From Tubulanus polymorphus (taxonomy: Eukaryota; Animalia; Nemertea), in contig NC_134036.1 in the NCBI RefSeq assembly GCF_964204645.1, positions 1 to 64,000 on the forward strand: DNA of 64,000 nucleotides. Direction: 5' to 3'. Of this stretch, positions 59,513 through 64,000 are shown piece after piece. Under the pieces are notes generated by a model that was given only the letters and a program-made list of their open reading frames with translations, made no database searches and was not told the DNA's origin. Every line of letters starts with the position of its first letter. Within the stretch, counting starts at the first letter, position 1. Made by a program: the position numbers and the translations under genes.

Positions 59513-62500
59513 CTACGCGACCGTTCTGCGCCAAGCGTCGTAACCTAACCCGCAGACTCCTGAAATATCGATAAAACAAATCTGTAGAATACTAAATATT
59601 TCATATCTACATTTAAATTATCAAAGGTAGTTCAAGTATTTACCGATAGCGTCGCCTTCGTCGACTAGAGGGAATGTGACTTCAGTGAACGTGCGTGAGT
59701 GATCATAGGTAACTTTGAAGGCACATTTATCAGTAGTAGCTTCAATGACACCGTTCCTGTCTTTAGTGACTGTTAACTGGTTGGAGAGGAAACTCAGAGG
59801 AGTCTTTGGGGTGATGGGTATTTCTTCTTTAGCGAATCTACCAGCCATCCACTTGATGTTATCCAATCTGTACGTGCCTCCTGAACTTTTAGTATAGTCA
59901 GTCTGGAATAGGATGAATGGTGAATGTATTGTGCATCAATTTACCTTCATTACTTCTATATTTATATATCGCTTCGCCCATACTTACTTAAAGTATCAAT
60001 CCAAACCCGGTGGGGTAGGGTAGTTAGACAGTGCCCAAACCCAGTGAGGTAGGGTAGCCAGACAGTGCCCAAACCCAGTGAGGTAGGGTAGCCAGACAGT
60101 GCCCAAACCCGGTGAGGTAGGGTAGCCAGACAGTGCCCAAACCCAGTGAGGTAGGGTAGCCAGACAGTGCCCAAACCCGGTGAGGTAGGGCCCAAACCCG
60201 GTGAGGTAGGGCCCAAACCCATGTTATACGTACTTTGAATACTTTCGTTCCTCTGAATAATAAAGTGACGCCTTCATCAGCGTTCAGATCATGGGCGATT
60301 ATTCGAACCCCGGTCAAATAAGTGACATTAACAGTTGGGGGGTCGAGATTTGTGAAATCAGCGAACACATAGAATCTCATTCCGTCGCAGATCTTCTTAC
60401 TCTCATGACGAGCTAATGTTCCATAACTTTCCATTTGATCCGTGATCGTAACATTGATGAATGTTTTCATATGCGGGTCACCTCGTATCCAGCAGGTTAC
60501 ATCTGTCAAAAACAACTTGTGATCGTTGTGAGATGAAAACTAACTTTCAGGGGCCGGTGTCATAGTCATTACTTAGACTTAAGACTAGTCTAAGACTATT
60601 TTAGTTATATAGCTAATCTAGCAGCTTAAGACCAGTCTTAAGATTTAAGACCACTTTTGGACTTAAGTCTCGACTATGAAACCGGCCCCAGATTAACTTT
60701 CTATGAAATTCTTATATCAATAAACTGTGAAAATATCGTTCGCAACTTCAACGACTGGCGCGTTCTCATAGCGATATAACAACGACTGGCGTTCTCATAG
60801 CGATATAACAACGACTGGCGTTCTCATAGCGATATAACAACGACTGGCGTTCTCATAGCGATATAACAACGACTGGCGTTCTCATAGCGATATAACAACG
60901 ACTGGCGCGTTCTCATAGCGATATAACAACGACTGGCGTTCTCATAGCGATATAACAACGACTGGCGTTCTCATAGCGATATAACAACGACTGGCGTTCT
61001 CATAGCGATATAACAACGACTGGCGTTCTCATAGCGATATAACAACGACTGGCGTTCTCATAGCGATATAACAACGACTGGCGTTCTCATAGCGATATAA
61101 CAACGACTGGCGTTCTCATAGCGATATAACAACGACTGGCGTTCTCATAGCGATATAACAACGACTGGCGTTCTCATAGCGATATAACAACGACTGGCGT
61201 TCTCATAGCGATATAACAACGACTGGCGTTCTCATAGCGATATAACAACGACTGGCGTTCTCATAGCGATATAACAACGACTGGCGTTCTCATAGCGATA
61301 TAACAACGACTGGCGTTCTCATAGCGATATAACAACGACTGGCGTTCTCATAGCGATATAACAACGACTGGCGTTCTCATAGCGATATAACAACGACTGG
61401 CGTTCTCATAGCGATATAACAACGACTGGCGTTCTCATAGCGATATAACAACGACTGGCGTTCTCATAGCGATATAACAACGACTGGCGTTCTCATAGCG
61501 ATATAACAACGACTGGCGTTCTCATAGCGATATAACAACGACTGGCGTTCTCATAGCGATATAACAACGACTGGCGTTCTCATAGCGATATAACAACGAC
61601 TGGCGTTCTCATAGCGATATAACAACGACTGGCGTTCTCATAGCGATATAACAACGACTGGCGTTCTCATAGCGATATAACAACGACTGGCGTTCTCATA
61701 GCGATATAACAACGACTGGCGTTCTCATAGCGATATAACAACGACTGGCGTTCTCATAGCGATATAACAACGACTGGCGTTCTCATAGCGATATAACAAC
61801 GACTGGCGTTCTCATAGCGATATAACAACGACTGGCGTTCTCATAGCGATATAACAACGACTGGCGTTCTCATAGCGATATAACAACGACTGGCGTTCTC
61901 ATAGCGATATAACAACGACTGGCGTTCTCATAGCGATATAACAACGACTGGCGTTCTCATAGCGATATAACAACGACTGGCGTTCTCATAGCGATATAAC
62001 AACGACTGGCGTTCTCATAGCGATATAACAACGACTGGCGTTCTCATAGCGATATAACAACGACTGGCGTTCTCATAGCGATATAACAACGACTGGCGTT
62101 CTCATAGCGATATAACAACGACTGGCGTTCTCATAGCGATATAACAACGACTGGCGTTCTCATAGCGATATAACAACGACTGGCGTTCTCATAGCGATAT
62201 AACAACGACTGGCGTTCTCATAGCGATATAACAACGACTGGCGTTCTCATAGCGATATAACAACGACTGGCGTTCTCATAGCGATATAACAACGACTGGC
62301 GTTCTCATAGCGATATAACAACGACTGGCGTTCTCATAGCGATATAACAACGACTGGCGTTCTCATAGCGATATAACAACGACTGGCGTTCTCATAGCGA
62401 TATAACAACGACTGGCGTTCTCATAGCGATATAACAACGACTGGCGTTCTCATAGCGATATAACAACGACTGGCGTTCTCATAGCGATATAACAACGACT

Positions 62501-62962
62501 GGCGTTCTCATAGCGATATAACAACGACTGGCGTTCTCATAGCGATATAACAACGACTGGCGTTCTCATAGCGATATAACAACGACTGGCGTTCTCATAG
62601 CGATATAACAACGACTGGCGTTCTCATAGCGATATAACAACGACTGGCGTTCTCATAGCGATATAACAACGACTGGCGTTCTCATAGCGATATAACAACT
62701 TGAGACCTGTGTAAAATATCAGACCACGATATCTCGGCGAATCGAACAGTGAAACACAGATCTGATTCGTCAATGAGACTTACTTGGTGGCGCTGGTTTC
62801 AAAGCAACCTTTTGTCCAGAAACAAGTTGAATCGCAGCTACCAAAACTAACATAACCTTTACACTGAAGATTGAAAAAGAATAGCAAAAATTCACAAAAC
62901 AGGTTCACGAAAGAACGAGAGATATATTGTAGAAAATGCGCTCACCTGCTGAAACAGGCCAT
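59513..62962 (-). CDS. Secreted single VWD-domain protein, paralogue B (intact GDPH), 223 aa
   Basis: Exons 62962-62946, 62863-62784, 60502-60234, 59902-59644, 59559-59513 (GT-AG, frame-consistent). Signal peptide MACFSSVKVMLVLVAAIQLVSG; VWD hallmark CWIRGDPHMKTF and terminal GVCG; three NVT sequons. Confidence 0.82.
60000..60220. repeat. 34-bp intronic minisatellite
   Basis: Unit GACAGTGCCCAAACCC(A/G)GTGAGGTAGGGTAGCCA. Confidence 0.9.
60551..60688. mobile_element. Palindromic MITE, PIF/Harbinger-like
   Basis: TIRs GGGCCGGT(G/T)TCATAGTC...GACTATGAAACCGGCCC with one mismatch, flanked by a 3-bp CAG duplication; internal CTTAAG repeats. Confidence 0.8.
60749..62699. repeat. 29-bp satellite, about 67 near-identical copies, inside intron 2 of VWD paralogue B
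   Basis: Unit CAACGACTGGCGTTCTCATAGCGATATAA; only two copies near the left end carry a CG insertion. Confidence 0.98.
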
Positions 62963-64000
62963 ATTGTAACCGGTATCTGTGTATGTCCACTGTACTGGTG
63001 ACGGAGAGAGAATTACCCTTTACGGGTACCTCTTCTTAAATACACTCAAACATGGCGTGACTTATAACACTTTATTTTACTGTTTAAACAACTTATGTTT
63101 CGAACATTTGTGCAATCCATAACTTCATCAACCAGGAACAAACACATATTAAATAACCATTAAATAGCACGTAAACAGTTTATTTAGCATCTTTATAGAA
63201 ATATTAACAGAATTACGGCCTGGCGTTGACGTCAATGTGTTGAGGTAACGTCTGCTTGTGCTTTAAGAGACGACATATAAACACATAAAATTCCGCCTCA
63301 CGCAAGAAAATATCGTCGTCAAAAACATGAAACATCTGGTTTTATCTTAGAAATGTTGTGATGTCGTTTCGGGTTCCAGTTTCAGTCGATAGACTTTCAA
63401 GAGTTCAGAGTTGATATGTGTAGCGGTGATGAATTCGTGCTAATGATCCATGGAGGAAAAAGAATCGAATTTCTGGTATAGCTCAAGGGTATCATCTATA
63501 TACGTGTCGTACATACCCGAGCATTACTAGCTTCATATACACGATACATCATAACCGGTATATTAGCGATAAAAACATGGATTTATCTGATGATTTCTGA
63601 TCGCGTATTCGGCATCATCTAAAAGCTATGTCGCTGTTCCTATCATGAATACTTAATCTTCTAATGCTGACTATACAATCATAGCTCTGACTGAAGACCA
63701 ATCTATGACCATCTTAGTTCTAACAACTTATGACCAATCTTATACCCTAGTTTTGGAAGGTAGATCTCAACTATGGAACCGACCCCGGCGGGGAAGTTCT
63801 TAAGATTCAAAAATACCTTTAGACTTTAGTCATCAGACTGGTCCCAGCAGACTGTGTGACGGTATATGTCTACAATCTTACCCAATATGATATATTGATA
63901 CATAGTTTGAGACTCAGTAGTGTTCACAGTACATGGATTCGTCACACTGTGATATGCGGCATGACTAATTGAATAATAAAATACATGGTTGATATACAGA

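Noticed and set aside
60749-62699. 29-bp repeat array as a CRISPR array
   Set aside because: Units are head-to-tail with no unique spacers, there are no cas genes, and it lies in a eukaryotic intron.

Overview
Eukaryotic genomic DNA from a bilaterian invertebrate (spliceosomal GT-AG introns, TTAGGG-type telomere words; probably spiralian). The first 26 kb is gene-dense. It holds an uncharacterised minus-strand gene running off the left edge, Smad2/3 (-), a catalytically dead Egalitarian/EXD1-type exonuclease-domain gene (-), a full-length Arkadia RNF111/RNF165 E3 ligase (+), a pallbearer/FBXO28 F-box gene (-) and NDUFV1 (+), with two head-to-head promoters. About 26-46 kb is gene-poor, with microsatellites, minisatellites and enhancer-like motif clusters. 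46-63 kb holds two divergent secreted single-VWD-domain paralogues with identical exon architecture, a possible decayed third copy, a POU/octamer cluster, a Harbinger-type MITE and a 1.95-kb 29-bp satellite. Main findings: (1) an in-frame 48-nt candidate cassette exon in Smad2/3 at the same MH1 position as vertebrate SMAD2 exon 3; (2) a clean loss of the linker PY (PPGY) degron in this Smad2/3, which sits about 2.8 kb from its regulator Arkadia; (3) a very high density of CTCF-consensus motifs across the gene-dense block, many inside coding exons and one set amplified as a tandem array. Gene models were built by eye from splice signals and reading frames, without database searches.
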